From Rhizodiscina lignyota (Eukaryota): 64,000 bases of DNA. Made by a program: the position numbers and the translations under genes. Location of the stretch: assembly GCA_010015805.1 (NCBI GenBank), contig ML978124.1:744001-808000 (forward strand), written 5' to 3'. Shown piece after piece: positions 48,761-60,892 of the stretch; the stretch's first letter is position 1; each line of letters starts with the position of its first letter. The notes beneath the pieces are model-generated. The model was not told the origin of the DNA. It was given only the letters and a program-made list of their open reading frames with translations, and searched no databases.

Positions 48761-49220
48761 CTAGAAACTACAAACTAAGAGCAGAGCTTTTTGGTCCTGC
48801 TCCATCTGCTCTTCATCCTGACCTGTTGGATCTTCAATTCGTGCTTGGGCGCCTTCCTCTGCTACTTTCTGCTTGTAGTATCTGTCACAGACTGCAGCTC
48901 TCGTTGCTTCTCTTGCTTCCAGAACCTGATTGTACTCCTCAGCTAGCTGCACTTCCCTCCAGAACATCGCGGTCAATCTCTGTGGTGGAGAGATCATACA
49001 GGCGGCCGTCGTAGTTGAACAAATGCCGTCTGTCCGTGCTACTGCTGGCCTGCTCAGAAGGCTCAGAAGTGATGTCCTCGATTGAAGGAAGATCGTGTAG
49101 AATCTCGCTTCGAAAAGGATCAGGCAACGACTCGAGAACCTCACGGTCGAGCCCTGATGCGGAAAGATCGTACAATCGCCCATTGCACCTGAAAAGACTT
49201 CCGGCCGGGGTATTTGACAT
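48761..49220 (-). pseudogene. Small ORF or frameshifted gene with two UBM-like repeats
   Basis: GRLYDLSASGLDREVLESLPDPFRSEIL and GRLYDLSTTEIDRDVLE; the protein-like continuation REVQLAEEYNQVLEARE lies in another frame. Confidence 0.45.
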
Positions 49221-49261
49221 GTTTCCTGGTCGCGACTGTCCACGCAGTAATAAAACAAGGT

Positions 49262-49366
49262 GAAAGGCGAGAAAGTAAGAAGGCGAAAGGCGAGGAAGTA
49301 AGACGGTGGAAGGCAAGAGAGTAAGAGGATAAGAAGGCAAGAGAGTAAGAGGATAAGAAGGCGAGA
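49262..49366. repeat. Purine-rich tract with a perfect 24-bp tandem duplication
   Basis: gaaggcaagagagtaagaggataa occurs twice at 49309-49356, with degenerate aaggcga...gtaaga units upstream. Confidence 0.85.
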
Positions 49367-49604
49367 TGAGGTTGTGAGGTTGCCGTGCATGCATTTCGGG
49401 AAGCGTCGAAGCGTCGCTGCTTCCGTCTTAAACGGACAGGAGCGAACTACATATATAGTGTGCGGCAAAGTCATTGATCCCAGGGCTCGAAGGCCCACCC
49501 ATCCTGTTCATGCGAGAACGCTTTCTCGCGCCTAGGATATGCGCCTTATGAACCCAACCCATGGTATCAATGCCGATCACAAAGGAAAAAAGGCTCCCAT
49601 ACCT

Positions 49605-51370
49605 TCAGGCAATCTTCCTCTTCTTCTTTCCAGTCACCTCAACCGCCATCCCCATATCCTCATCCTCATCCTCATCCTCATCATCTTCAATAACTCTCTT
49701 CCCCTTCCCCTTCCTCCTCGCCTCCGGACTTCTACTTGCACTCGCTCCACCATTCGCCGGCGCGTCCCTCACCACTCTCTTCTTTCTCCTCTCAAACACC
49801 TCCAACCTCTCTAAATACTCCTGCAACTGTCCCTCCACTGCCTCCGCGACCTTCGGGCCGCGTTCTTCCAAGTCCAGCTGGATCAGCTGATCTGCGTTCT
49901 TGATGTAGATTCGGTGCTTGACGTACAGCCGCCAGAACCAGAACATCCTGTCCTCCTTCATCGAACTCTTCTCTCTTCTGATGAGCCTGTTTGTGCTCCT
50001 GTTTCCTGGGGGGATGGAAGAGAGGAGTTGTATTTCGACCAGGCGGGCAAACTGGCGCGGGGAGATTTTACTCTTGTGCTGCAGTTTGTCGAGGAGGTCC
50101 TGGTCGACGAGGTAATCGATTGGGACGTCTGCGTCTGGTGCTAGGAGTTCGGAGGGTACGTCGGCCTTCATCGTCAGCAACGCGAACTCGGGCATTGTCT
50201 GGAGGTATGCGAGGTCTTGGTAGTCTCGGAGCGCGTCAAATTCCTCGTTCGGATCCTCCACTGTGATTTCGTAGACCCATTTGTCTGCGCGGAACATGTC
50301 TATCATCGTATCGTAGAGTGCTGAGCCATGTGAGGCGCCCTGGTATGGAGGAAGAATGATGAATTGAGATATGCGCTCTCGGCTTGGCGCGCCGAGCGAT
50401 GTGCATGTGGTATTCTCTCCGTCCAATTCCAAATTCAGCTTAGCGTCTTCTGGTGGTGGCGTCGTTTGGCGTGGGCCAGGCGCTTCTATGAGTGGCTGCT
50501 TAACATGGTAGTTACCATCTTCGTCGGGATTCTCCTCGAAGTCAAGTTCAGATTCAGGTGGCGGCGAAGGTACCCGCTCGCCCATAGCAGTTCGAACGGT
50601 GCGGTCTGGAAAGACCCATAATCGGTAAGATGTACTGAATCCAGCTAGCGTGTAGTCCGTAGAGACTTTGTCCTTTGCGACTCTAACTTCGTAGAGCAGG
50701 AATAACTTCCAGCGTGATAATGACCAGTCCGGATCGTCCAGATAGTGGCATGGTGTACCCCCCTCAATGAGTAACGGAACGAGAATGCGCATATTCCGTA
50801 ATATGTCTCGCGCCGCTTCATCGAGGAGTGTTGAGCACCAAATTTGGAATCGTTTTCCATCGCGATGGTACTCTTTAACGAGTTCACCAGATGGACTCCA
50901 GCTCTTGTTCGTACTCGAGGCGCCATTCTGGGCCGGTGCTTCAAACGCGCCTAGAAATAATGTCAGCTATTTATCGCATTCCGAGCAAGCATAAGCTCTA
51001 AAACCTACTCTCAGGCAGAAACTCCTTCAGCATGCCCTCGACATCCATAGCCTCCGTCTCCCCGATTGCTTTAAATTTGCTATCATAGGTGAACTTGACC
51101 GACGGTTTGAGGTCATATGCGCGGAACTTCAGGTCAATTTGCGGATTTTCGTAGCCAATAATGGCCTCGTCGTTGCCGAAGATTGGGTATGTGAAGCTAG
51201 GATTGAAGGATTCTGGGAAGATGTCCTTGCCGTTGCGGGTGAGATTGATGTAGAATGCGTCATTTGAATTGGTGAGGTCTACGCAGGACGTCAGCTATCA
51301 CATAAAATATTGAGGACATGGCGTTTGTCTCACATTTCTCGATCATGGAAGGGTCCAGTTCATCGGCCAT
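49605..51370 (-). CDS. HAT1: Histone acetyltransferase type B catalytic subunit Hat1 (3 exons)
   Basis: FNPSFTYPIFGNDEAIIGYENPQIDL.FRAYDLKP, PLLIEGGT, RERISQFIILPPYQGASHG, EITVEDPNEEFDALRD. Confidence 0.95.
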
Positions 51371-51571
51371 GTTGAGCTTCGAGCGCGTTCGGAGGCGCTA
51401 CCCTGCCGGATGTGCTTTTGCTGCGTAGGATTTGATGCCAGGGATGGGGTTTCAAGCTTTGAAAGCGAAAAGTATGTGTTTCTGGCGGTGAAAGGGGAAG
51501 CGGAGGAGGAGAGGAAGAGAAGTGAGCAGCGTAAGTGTAGTTGCGCCGCAAGTCGCGCTTGTATAGCGTTC

Positions 51572-51577
51572 ACGCGT
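51572..51577. promoter_or_regulatory. MCB-like element (ACGCGT) in the HAT1/ZIP divergent promoter
   Basis: ACGCGT about 200 bp upstream of the HAT1 ATG with a second CGCG nearby; a 6-mer is weak evidence. Confidence 0.3.
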
Positions 51578-51849
51578 CGCAAAGGTAATTCCGGAGATCT
51601 CCCGGCGATTCTGCAGGGATTCAGGGATGGACTTGACGAATTGTGTCAAGAAGTCCTGAAAGCCGCGCAGGCAAGCATATGTCCACTTCCACAACCCATT
51701 CCTTCGTTAACTTCTACCGGAATAATAACCGGACTATGGCGTCGACTCCAATGGAGAAATGCTGTATGACGCCTTGAACGGTCTCACGAGTCCACCGTCG
51801 CATCGCAGAACTCTAGGCGCAGCCGCGATATTCCCCCCCTTCGGCGACC

Positions 51850-53330
51850 ATGTGGGACGGTTTCTTTCTCCTGCTCGTTCTGAGCACTGTAATGGCTCTG
51901 GCGTAAGTAAAGGTAGCTTCAGAAATTACCATAATTCATAAAATCAATCTCCATATATGCTTCATCAAGGCTCCTGCTAACTGCTAAACTACAGCTCTTT
52001 CTTGGCTGGCATGCTCCCTCTGTCCCTTAGCCTCTCTTCGCGTCAACTCCGTCTGATCACTGCAATTGGCACCGGAGTGCTCGTTGGAACATCTCTCATA
52101 GTCATCATACCAGAAGGAGTCGAGACGCTGTACTCCGCTAGCAATGCTGGGGTACATACAGACTTTAACATCAAGACTGCACAAATCGAGCCTGTCGTAG
52201 TCAAAGGCGGAGCAGGTGTTGCACAACTGCACAGACTACATACAGTCGACCAAATAGGTGGCATAAATCTTGGTGAACGAGAGATTCCATCCGTCAAAGT
52301 CCACTCGCCGCGCTCTCCTTCTCCGAAAGACGAGCTGGATGAAGCACCTCCAACAGAAATTAAGCCTCCAGACGAGGACGAAGATGAAGGTCCCGACGCA
52401 CCGTCCATACCCGAGCATACGCACAAAGAACCACCCGAACCTCACGCGTACATCGGCCTCGCCCTAATCCTCGGCTTCATCCTCATGTACCTCATCGATG
52501 TCCTCCCCACTACCTCAGCGCAATTCCTCCTCTCACGGCGCCGCCCTTCCCGTCCCTTACACATCTCCCTGTCCTCCCTCCACCGCGGCGTCCACGATGC
52601 ATCCCTCTCCTCCCCAAGCGCTTCACCCGCGCTCGCGCCCGCCGACATGGCCGATAACGACCCATCAGCACCACAAACGAGCCCGCCTACAACAACGCTC
52701 GGGCTCGTAATCCACGCTATCGCCGACGGCATCGCACTCGGCGCCTCCACCGCCAGCGCATCGTCCAACCCCAATGGCGCGTCGCAGAACCTAGGCATCG
52801 TCGTCTTTCTCGCGCTGATGCTGCACAAGGCGCCCGCGGCGTTCGGCCTCACCGCCGTGCTCCTGAAACAAGGCCTCAGCACGCGCGCCGCGCGCGCTCA
52901 CCTCATAATCTTCGCGTTAGCGGCGCCCGTGGGGGCGTTTGCGACGTGGGTGTCAGTGAACCTCTTAGGCGCGACACACCTCTTAGGGAAGGGGGTAGAC
53001 GAGCAGGGCGTGGATCGTGGGGCGTGGTGGACAGGAGTTGTGCTGATATTTAGCGGCGGGACGTTCTTGTATGTTGCGATGCATAGTATGCAATCGGCTT
53101 CGGGCGAGGCACATGAGCATGGAGGAGGTGGAAGAGGGCATGCGCGGAGGGTGAGCGAGTTGGAAGGTGGGACGAATGGGTATTTAGGGAATCCGTATGC
53201 AGGTCCCGTGGACTACGGTACTGGTGTGGGCAGGAGGAAAGAAGAGGTGAATAGCGGGTTGACGGAGACGGTGGCTATGGTTGTTGGCATGGTTCTACCG
53301 TTGGTCGTTCAGATGGGCCACGTGCATTGA
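51850..53330 (+). CDS. ATX2: ZIP-family metal transporter, ZIP9/Atx2-like (intron after exon 1)
   Basis: MWDGFFLLLVLSTVMAL, GTGVLVGTSLIVIIPEGVE, TTLGLVIHAIADGIALG, MLHKAPAAFGL, FSGGTFLYVAMH. Confidence 0.9.
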
Positions 53331-53698
53331 ATGAGCTGGTCTTGTATCTGGCTACATTTATTCGTTTTGCGGTTGAGCACAGTTACTTTCTGAGCGCAAA
53401 GCGTGTTATAGGGTATTTGAGCGCTTCACTTAAGCGGGGTTTCAGGCGCGAGTGGTGTAAGATAGACTAGGCATGTATGAAATGGGAATGAATATAGAGA
53501 AAATTTGGGTTTGGTATCAATTAGACAATTTGATTGGGATTTTCTGCGCCGCTCCAGCCCTACCATCTCCGAAGAACCATGGGATGAATACAACTTGCTA
53601 CCAAAAGGGAAAAGCAAGACGCTAGCTAGATGTACAAAGAAACAAGACGTCCCCTGAACCCGAAATAGTCCAACACAACTGACCCTTTACTGAATTCT

Positions 53699-55253
53699 CT
53701 ACGTCCTGGCAGGTGGCTCGACGGTCTGCTTAGGGATGTCGGCCAGTGAATAGTAGAAGTTCTCCTCCGGCACTCTTCCCCTCATGTACGGCGGTTCGCT
53801 TCCCCTAACATAGATATCCTCAAACAGAACCTGCGGCGTCGGTTCTGGAGGTTCCATAGCCTCCGCCTCGGCGACCTCTTTGTCCACATCCGACCTAGCC
53901 TCCTTATCAATGCCCTTCAACTCCTCTTCGCTCGTAACACCCCAGTCCAGCAATTTCTGCTTCAGGCCTGCAATCGGGTCGTTGGTGGAGCGCATGCGCT
54001 GGATTTCCTCACGCGTGCGGTACGTCGTACCGGGGTCGGACATGGAGTGGCCACCGTAGCGGTAGGTGACGTACTCGTAAACCAGGGGACCTTTGTTCGC
54101 GAGGCAGTATTCCCTGCCGAATTGCACGGCAGCTTTGACGGCAAGAACGTCCATGCCGTTGATCTTCAGACCAGGGATGTATTGGCCGCGCTTGTAGTAA
54201 TCGGTGAGGGCGGAGGAGCGGGAGGCGGAGGTACCCATGCCGTATTTGTTGTCTAAAGGCAGTTGTTAGCACTGTCGTTGAATAGAGTCGTATTACGCTG
54301 GTAGACATACTCTCACAGCCGAAGATGATAGGCAAGTTCCACAGCTTGGCCATGTTGAACGCCTCAAAAACTTGCCCCTGGTTGCTCGCGCCATCACCGT
54401 ACAGGGCTAGCGTGACATTCTCCTTGCCTTCATAATGATTCGCAAACGCAATGCCCGCACCCACTGGCACCTGCGCGCCAACGATACCATTGCCGCCGTA
54501 GAAGCCAGTTGCGAACATGTGCATGGAACCACCCTTGCCGAAAGCAATACCTTCTCGGCGGCCGAGCAGCTCACCGATGATCGACTTGACGGTGCCGCCG
54601 CGCATCAGGGCAAAGCCGTGGCAGCGGTATGCGGTAATGAGATGGTCGGACTTTGTGATCGCGTGCTCGATGCCCGTGGCTACAGCTTCCTGACCGGTGG
54701 AGAGATGGCAGAAACCGCGTATCTTCTTCTCTTTGTATAGACGATCGGCGGCCATTTCCATGCGTCTACGTCCGTCTAGTTAGCATTCAAATGATAATGT
54801 TCAATGGCTTGCTGCAGACATTGTCTGCGGTGGAGAGCACAGAAACTGAGCGGTGATAGGAATAACATACCGAATGGCAACCATATCGTAATACATCTGT
54901 TTCAGCTCCTTCTTCGTGGTCTGCATTGTGTATGGAGGGGGGTCTAGCTCGTAGGTCTCGAAAGACTCGTCTGATAACTTGACGTCGAAGGGCTGGTCGT
55001 CGGCCTGCGGAGTTCCATGTTAGCTCTCCGCCATCAATCGCAGCACATGTACATCTCCAATTGGCCCTTGCCCGCCATAGGAAAAGTTTCTCATGAGGTC
55101 ACTCACATCAGGAACGCTCTCCCTGTCCGCATGGCTGCTTGCTGCATCCGTGGTGACGGCTCGTCTTGTAGCTATTGAGCTCCGTGCTGGCGCGGAGAAT
55201 GCATTGCAGCGGAGTGGCTGCGTGAAGCCTCTCCTCAATGATCTTGACAGCAT
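53699..55253 (-). CDS. PDA1: Pyruvate dehydrogenase E1 alpha subunit, mitochondrial (4 exons)
   Basis: [63 protein letters not shown]. Confidence 0.98.
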
Positions 55254-55818
55254 CCTCGAAGCTCGATTAGAGGTTCGATGAGGAGCAAATGACGTGAGAA
55301 GGAGTAGAATAGATGATGGGAGAAGTCGGAGGTAAAAATTTGGCGTTGAGAGGTTGAGCTCGCCAAAAATGGGGGTTTATTCGGGAAGCTTGGACAAGTC
55401 CGACGTAGGGCTGAACTTACTAAGCACCGCTCTGCACACCAGACATGCATGCATACCAGACCAGACATGTCCGGAAAATACATGTAGGTCAAGAATTTGT
55501 AGAGGCCGCAGTGTCTTAATATTTAAAAAATTCCAAGCTGAGAAAATATGCATTGAGCAGGGATTGGCTGCATTCATTCGCTGTCGGCGAGCGACTATGG
55601 TATACTATGGAGGAGGCTTTCTGCCATTGCGTGGGCCATGCGCATTTGCTAATGCCCATATAGCAAAGTGTAGAAACCCACTCTTCTGGCTCATCTCGAT
55701 TTGGAAAGTGTAATATGCTTCTTTTCAAGAGTCGTCGATCCTTCTCTGTGCGCATCTCACCCCCTTGTGCGCGACTGTCCCTGGCTTATCGACCGTATTG
55801 TTCCATCACTCTTGCCCA

Positions 55819-57333
55819 TCACTCATCCGTAAGGTCGAGCACTTCAGTCTTCAAGTTCGGCCCCTGTAATTCAGGACCGAGCCCCTCCTCATCTCGCCAT
55901 ACTATCATAGCCCTGGTATCATTCTCACTCAGGCCATCGTCCAGCTCCTTCCAGTCCTCAGTGGTGAGAGCCCCAATGGGAATGTGTGCATTGCCATTGG
56001 GCCCCAAGTTAGGATTCGCTTGGACATTCATCTTTGTGGCCTCCGAGTCGAATTTCTCTTCTGGTTCCGGAGGAGTCTCTATCATGAGAACGACGCATTT
56101 GTTCTTTATGCCCGCCAGCTCTCCCCTGACTTGGTACTGCGTGCCTCTCGCCCACACTCTTATGGGGGTACCGTACGTCTTGTAGTACCACTCTAATTCC
56201 TCCATGCCCTTCTCTCCACGCTTCATAGACTCTCGAAGAATGCGAAGCGGTCGCGTGACCACAGCACGGAGGACATGATCAACTTCCTCCGTGGTAAAGA
56301 CGCGGCCGGACTTGTTCTTGTTGGTCCGCTCGCGAGCAAATTCCTCGGCATTGACTTTGCGCATTATGTAGTTAGACAACGCAACGTAGTCAGGGCCTGT
56401 CCACTTCGTCCAGTGAAACGGCTTTGTGCTGAAAATAGACGGATCATGATGCGGGTGGCCATCTGGATGGATAACAGCACGACGATCGATCAGCTTGTCT
56501 GGCTGCGGATCGAGAACATCGCCCGGAAGAGTAGGAGGGGCTCTGAAAGGCTTCGATGGAGTCGATGATAGTGTAATGGGAGGCGGTATGACAAAGCCCG
56601 CAGTACTGAATTTGCGATCTGGAGCGTTCACCTCCTGCTCTTGCTCGTCGATATCCAAGTTACAAGCGGTGTTGTCGTCGACATCGCTCTTGACACTGTT
56701 CTTCAAAGTGTGGTCAGACTTCTGGCGCTTAAAGGCGAATCCGGCCGGTAAGCGTGATGGCGAGGCGGGTCGGACCCGTTTGATGGGAGCAGCCTTGTTA
56801 CTAGATTTGTTCGTCTGAGGAGGAGTGGGGAGTACGTTGGGCTTAACCGGCTTTTGAGGAGTGATCGGATGCTTTGGAAGGATCTTCTTCTCCGGCTTTT
56901 CAGATACTCGTGTGAGGTCGACTATTTCCAAGTCCGGTTGGCCATCGAAGATTGTGCTTATTCCCGCGAGGGAAGGTTGGTACGTTGGGGCGGCAGAGAT
57001 GAGAGACTCGGATCTGAGTTTTGCACCTTCTTCCTCTGAATCTCATTAGAACTTTTCGGCTGTTAGAACAGAGGCGAAATGGCTCTTACCGTGTTCCTTA
57101 GGGAAACTAGAAGCAGGGTCTGAAACCGTGAAGCTCGTGTCCTCTCTGGTTTCGATGTATTCCTGCCAAGCACGTAATCTGGATTGGATAGAAGTGGGAG
57201 CAGGCGACAGTACCAGGCCCTTCTGGGTGCTCTTCCACTGTGGAGTTGTAGGTAACTTCTCGTCCTCCTCCCCTTGTGTTAAGTCAACAATTGACCGTCC
57301 ACCAGAATCACCACCATTGCTCCTCTCCGTCAT
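55819..57333 (-). CDS. Hypothetical protein with several VDLT-type motifs (intron about 57037-57090)
   Basis: ORF 57046-57333 splices (GTAAGA...TCTAAT...TTCAG) in frame to ORF 55819-56931. Confidence 0.75.
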
Positions 57334-59365
57334 CCTGCTATCTTCACAGGAAAGAACAGGAAAGAACAGCAGACTTCAATGAAGTTAGGGCGTAATATTG
57401 CGTGCGAAAGTGAAAGGTGTTGAAGTGGAGAGGAACAGTGTCAATGATTGCGAAGAGAACATTTGAATGCAAAAGAAAAGTGTCAAGTTTAGCTGCCTCG
57501 GGGTGGCTGGTCAGGCAACAACACGAGATATGAAAAGCTAAATATGAGTATTCTTCTATTCAAGCAGGGGGTGGTAATCCACCCTTCACATCTAACACCA
57601 TGCCTCAATAAGGGTTTCCAAAACTGACTCATCCTCTATCCCACATAGCACGGGAGACCTTTAACACTCATCAAGACCAATAGGTAATGTGAAGGAGGCC
57701 ATTTCCGAGTGTATCGAAGAATTCTCAGAGCGTAGGGAAGACTCGTGACGCCATAACCCGCCGGTATATCAGCCACATTCTACGCACGAAGTAGAACAGC
57801 CGCTGATAGCCCTAAATCTCCAGGGCTAGTCGTGTTTCAAAAGACAGATTTACTATGATCTTCAAATTCTCTTTCAGAGGGCTATCGTCCCGAATCTTCT
57901 GTCGAGGCTCAGAGTTGGCTGCTGACTTGATTCAAGTCATTCAATCCGCGGGGATTGAGCCCGGATGTAGGATGACAGCGTTCTCATTTTGTCTTTCTCT
58001 TTTAGAAAACGTGTTTAGGACTAAAGATAATCGGCTTTGGAGATTCGACTCCGCCTCATGAGTTTCTCTGAAGGGGACGTGCATGAGACGAGTCTCCAGA
58101 GCTTCTCGAATACAGCTAACGTCAAGGACGAACATCCATTTATCGAAGATTGTCGGCATCATGCTTGTTTGGACTCTGGGAAGCAAATGTTGAGGTTTTA
58201 GCAAACTAATAGGTGAGGCCGCTGTTCGCAGGCCGCACTTCCAGTGAAGGTCTCATACGCCCATGCGAGTCGATTTTTCTCGATTTGCTCGACACCACAC
58301 CAACTAGTTTCGTTCGGGGCGTCCATTGGTTCCGTTCTCAGATCCATGCAATATTATTGTGTGGAAGACAGGATACAAGTCAGGAGTTGCGAAGTGAAGT
58401 GAAGTGAAAGGGGTCACTTCGGCGGAAAATGATTTTTGCGGATTTTTCTGCGCAGGGCACTTCACTCGATCTTCAAGTGTCCATATTCTTTGCCTGGTTT
58501 CCTTGACCAACTCAAAATTATCGAGTACCCTCTATTATGAACTGTCGGCGTAATATCGCAGTGTGGTGGGCTAGATACGCCCAGTTCGGCGTGTATGGAA
58601 TCGCCTGCGTTGATTCCCTAGTGATATTCAGTGTCTATCACCTAATGCAGTTACTCAAAGAGAAGGAGTCTCCTGCGATGCTAGAACTGTGTTCTAACAG
58701 TGCTCGCAATTCCCTATGTACCTTCGTCGCATAGAGCACGGCCTGCGTTTGAGCATAAGCAATTCCGGGTCCAATTCCTCTATTCACATCGCGTACATGC
58801 TATCTAAGTATTGATATACATTTAACAGGAGCCTATTCAAGCGTAGTGTGCTACGTGTCTAAGCATCAAGCCCGCTAAGTAAGGCCTCTCTATCACTATC
58901 GTGCTCCTTATAGCTAAGTATCGAGCTTCTTCAGCTGTCACGCACACTATATTATTCCACTAGTCTTTGTTTTATAGCACTGTATTTAATGGCGGCACAA
59001 CGTATCTTTGAGTATCAATTTGGCGCTGGCAGAAGCGTCTTTTCAACCTTGCCCGCAAGTTGCAATCTTTTGCGATACTGACATGGCCTTTCTCCAGCAC
59101 ACATTCTAGGTTCTTATATCATGCCATACGCTCAAGACGCGACATACCCGCGAACTGCAAATCCAGATATATCGACCACCGGCACGACTCCGGAAGTCCC
59201 AGAATCGCTTGAGTCTCAGTTACTAAAGGACCCTCTCTCGCGAAATGGTAGTGCGTCTTGAAATCTGGCCGACAGCTCCGCGCGTACATCCTTTGCCATA
59301 TCCTCCGCAAATATCATGTAGCGCTCTTTGCCTACTGTTCGCCTATTAGTGCAAACTTTTTATCG

Positions 59366-59560
59366 TGTGTTTGTATGACGTTGGTATTAATAGTGTTCGT
59401 ATATAACCCTCGCATGTGACTGCACAATAAAGTTTCTTCAGTCACCAACACCTATTCTCTTGTCACAAGCTCTGTGTTTGTATGACGTAGGTATTAGTGG
59501 ACTTGGTATATATAAACCTCGCCTCTGCCCACACAACGAACTTCCTTTCAATCACCAACA
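59366..59560. repeat. Degenerate ~107-bp-period duplication containing TGACGT and a TATA-like box
   Basis: tgtgtttgtatgacgt.ggtatta...tatataa.cctcgc...cacaa...tca.tcaccaaca starts at both 59366 and 59473. Confidence 0.8.
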
Positions 59561-59758
59561 TCTCACACACCGTAAGCCTCGCACTATATACCTGCGACCA
59601 CATCCATTTGATGACTTACCCCTATATCAGATTCTATTCTCAAGTCCCTTCAAAACACCAAAAGCTCCTCGGCCAACATGTTCTCTTTCCACGACCGCCA
59701 GAACCCGCGCAGACGCGCACCCTCGAACACCGGTCGTCCTACGGACCTGACCGTCAAG

Positions 59759-60656
59759 ATGGAGAAGATGGAGGAGGACGAGGAATTCATGAGTGCTGCC
59801 CCTCCCTACCCCAGGGGACGTCAATATCTTGGCCCTCCAGCAGGCCAGATGCACCCTGATCAAGCCTGTAAGTCGTGCTCGTTCTCAGGTTCGGACACAT
59901 ACACAAGCTCATGCCGCATGCAGACGCACCCGCCAGCCCAGATCCACTTGCCAACAACTCGGGCGAAGAGCCCAGTGCCTACAGCAAGCAGTGGACCTGC
60001 CCATTCTGGGCCATGGGCAGATGCGAGAAGTCGGCCGAAGTGTGCCCCATGGCGCACTACAGCACCGGCGTGCGCGTGCGCCTTTTCGACTTCGAAGGTA
60101 AATCAAACTCCAACCATGTGTAGGAATCATATTACGCAAACCAGGCGACAATACCGCAAACACGGCGGGAGGCTTCGCCCCCGCAGCACCAACACCACCC
60201 GCGGGCATTCGCCCACACACTCATGGTATACATACCGCTCGCTCTTACATGCAACCCACTAACACAACCGCAGATGCCTTGATGGCGAAAGAGGCAATCA
60301 TCTTCCGTCGCGAAGGCACTGTCCGCAGCGCAGAAGACAGCTGCCTGCATGTCGTCACCCGCGCCCGCAAGCTCCTCGACGACTTCGACCAACTCGTCGC
60401 TGAACTCTCGACAGACGCGCAGAACACCCTGCGTATGCTGAATGGACGCCGCGATCAAGTTCTGAACGTGCTCCACAGCCAGGAGAGCGAGGGCAGCGGA
60501 GAGGCAGGCAACATGTTGCTGAACGCAACAGACGCCATGGTGGGAGGCTTGACGGCGCTGGAGGAGAAGACCGAGGAGGTGGACAAGAGCATCTTGGGGA
60601 AGCTGAGGAAGGAGATAGGGGAGCTTCAAAAGCTGGTCGCTGCGACCCAAAAGTGA
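59759..60656 (+). CDS. Small CCCH zinc-finger protein with C-terminal coiled coil (4 exons)
   Basis: Exons join in frame via GT-AG introns; CPFWAMGRCEKSAEVCPMAH is C-x7-C-x6-C-x3-H. Confidence 0.7.
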
Positions 60657-60892
60657 GACGTGCGCCAACTGGAGTGTGAATGCACATATGGTGGTGAAGG
60701 GGACGTAGAGAAGTTAAACACAAAGCAATGCAAAGGCAATACGGGAGTTGTAACACGCTCGAGCAGTGTTTTGATTTAGCCAAACACACCATCATCACGT
60801 GGCAAGCGATGATGGAAGAATGGATTTCTTTGGGCTTCAACTTGTGCTTTCGCAGTTTGCTCTCCGAATAACAGTGATATCTGGCGTTTAGA

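Noticed and set aside
49655..49690. (CATCCT)n microsatellite
   Set aside because: It simply encodes the acidic EDEDED tail of Hat1.
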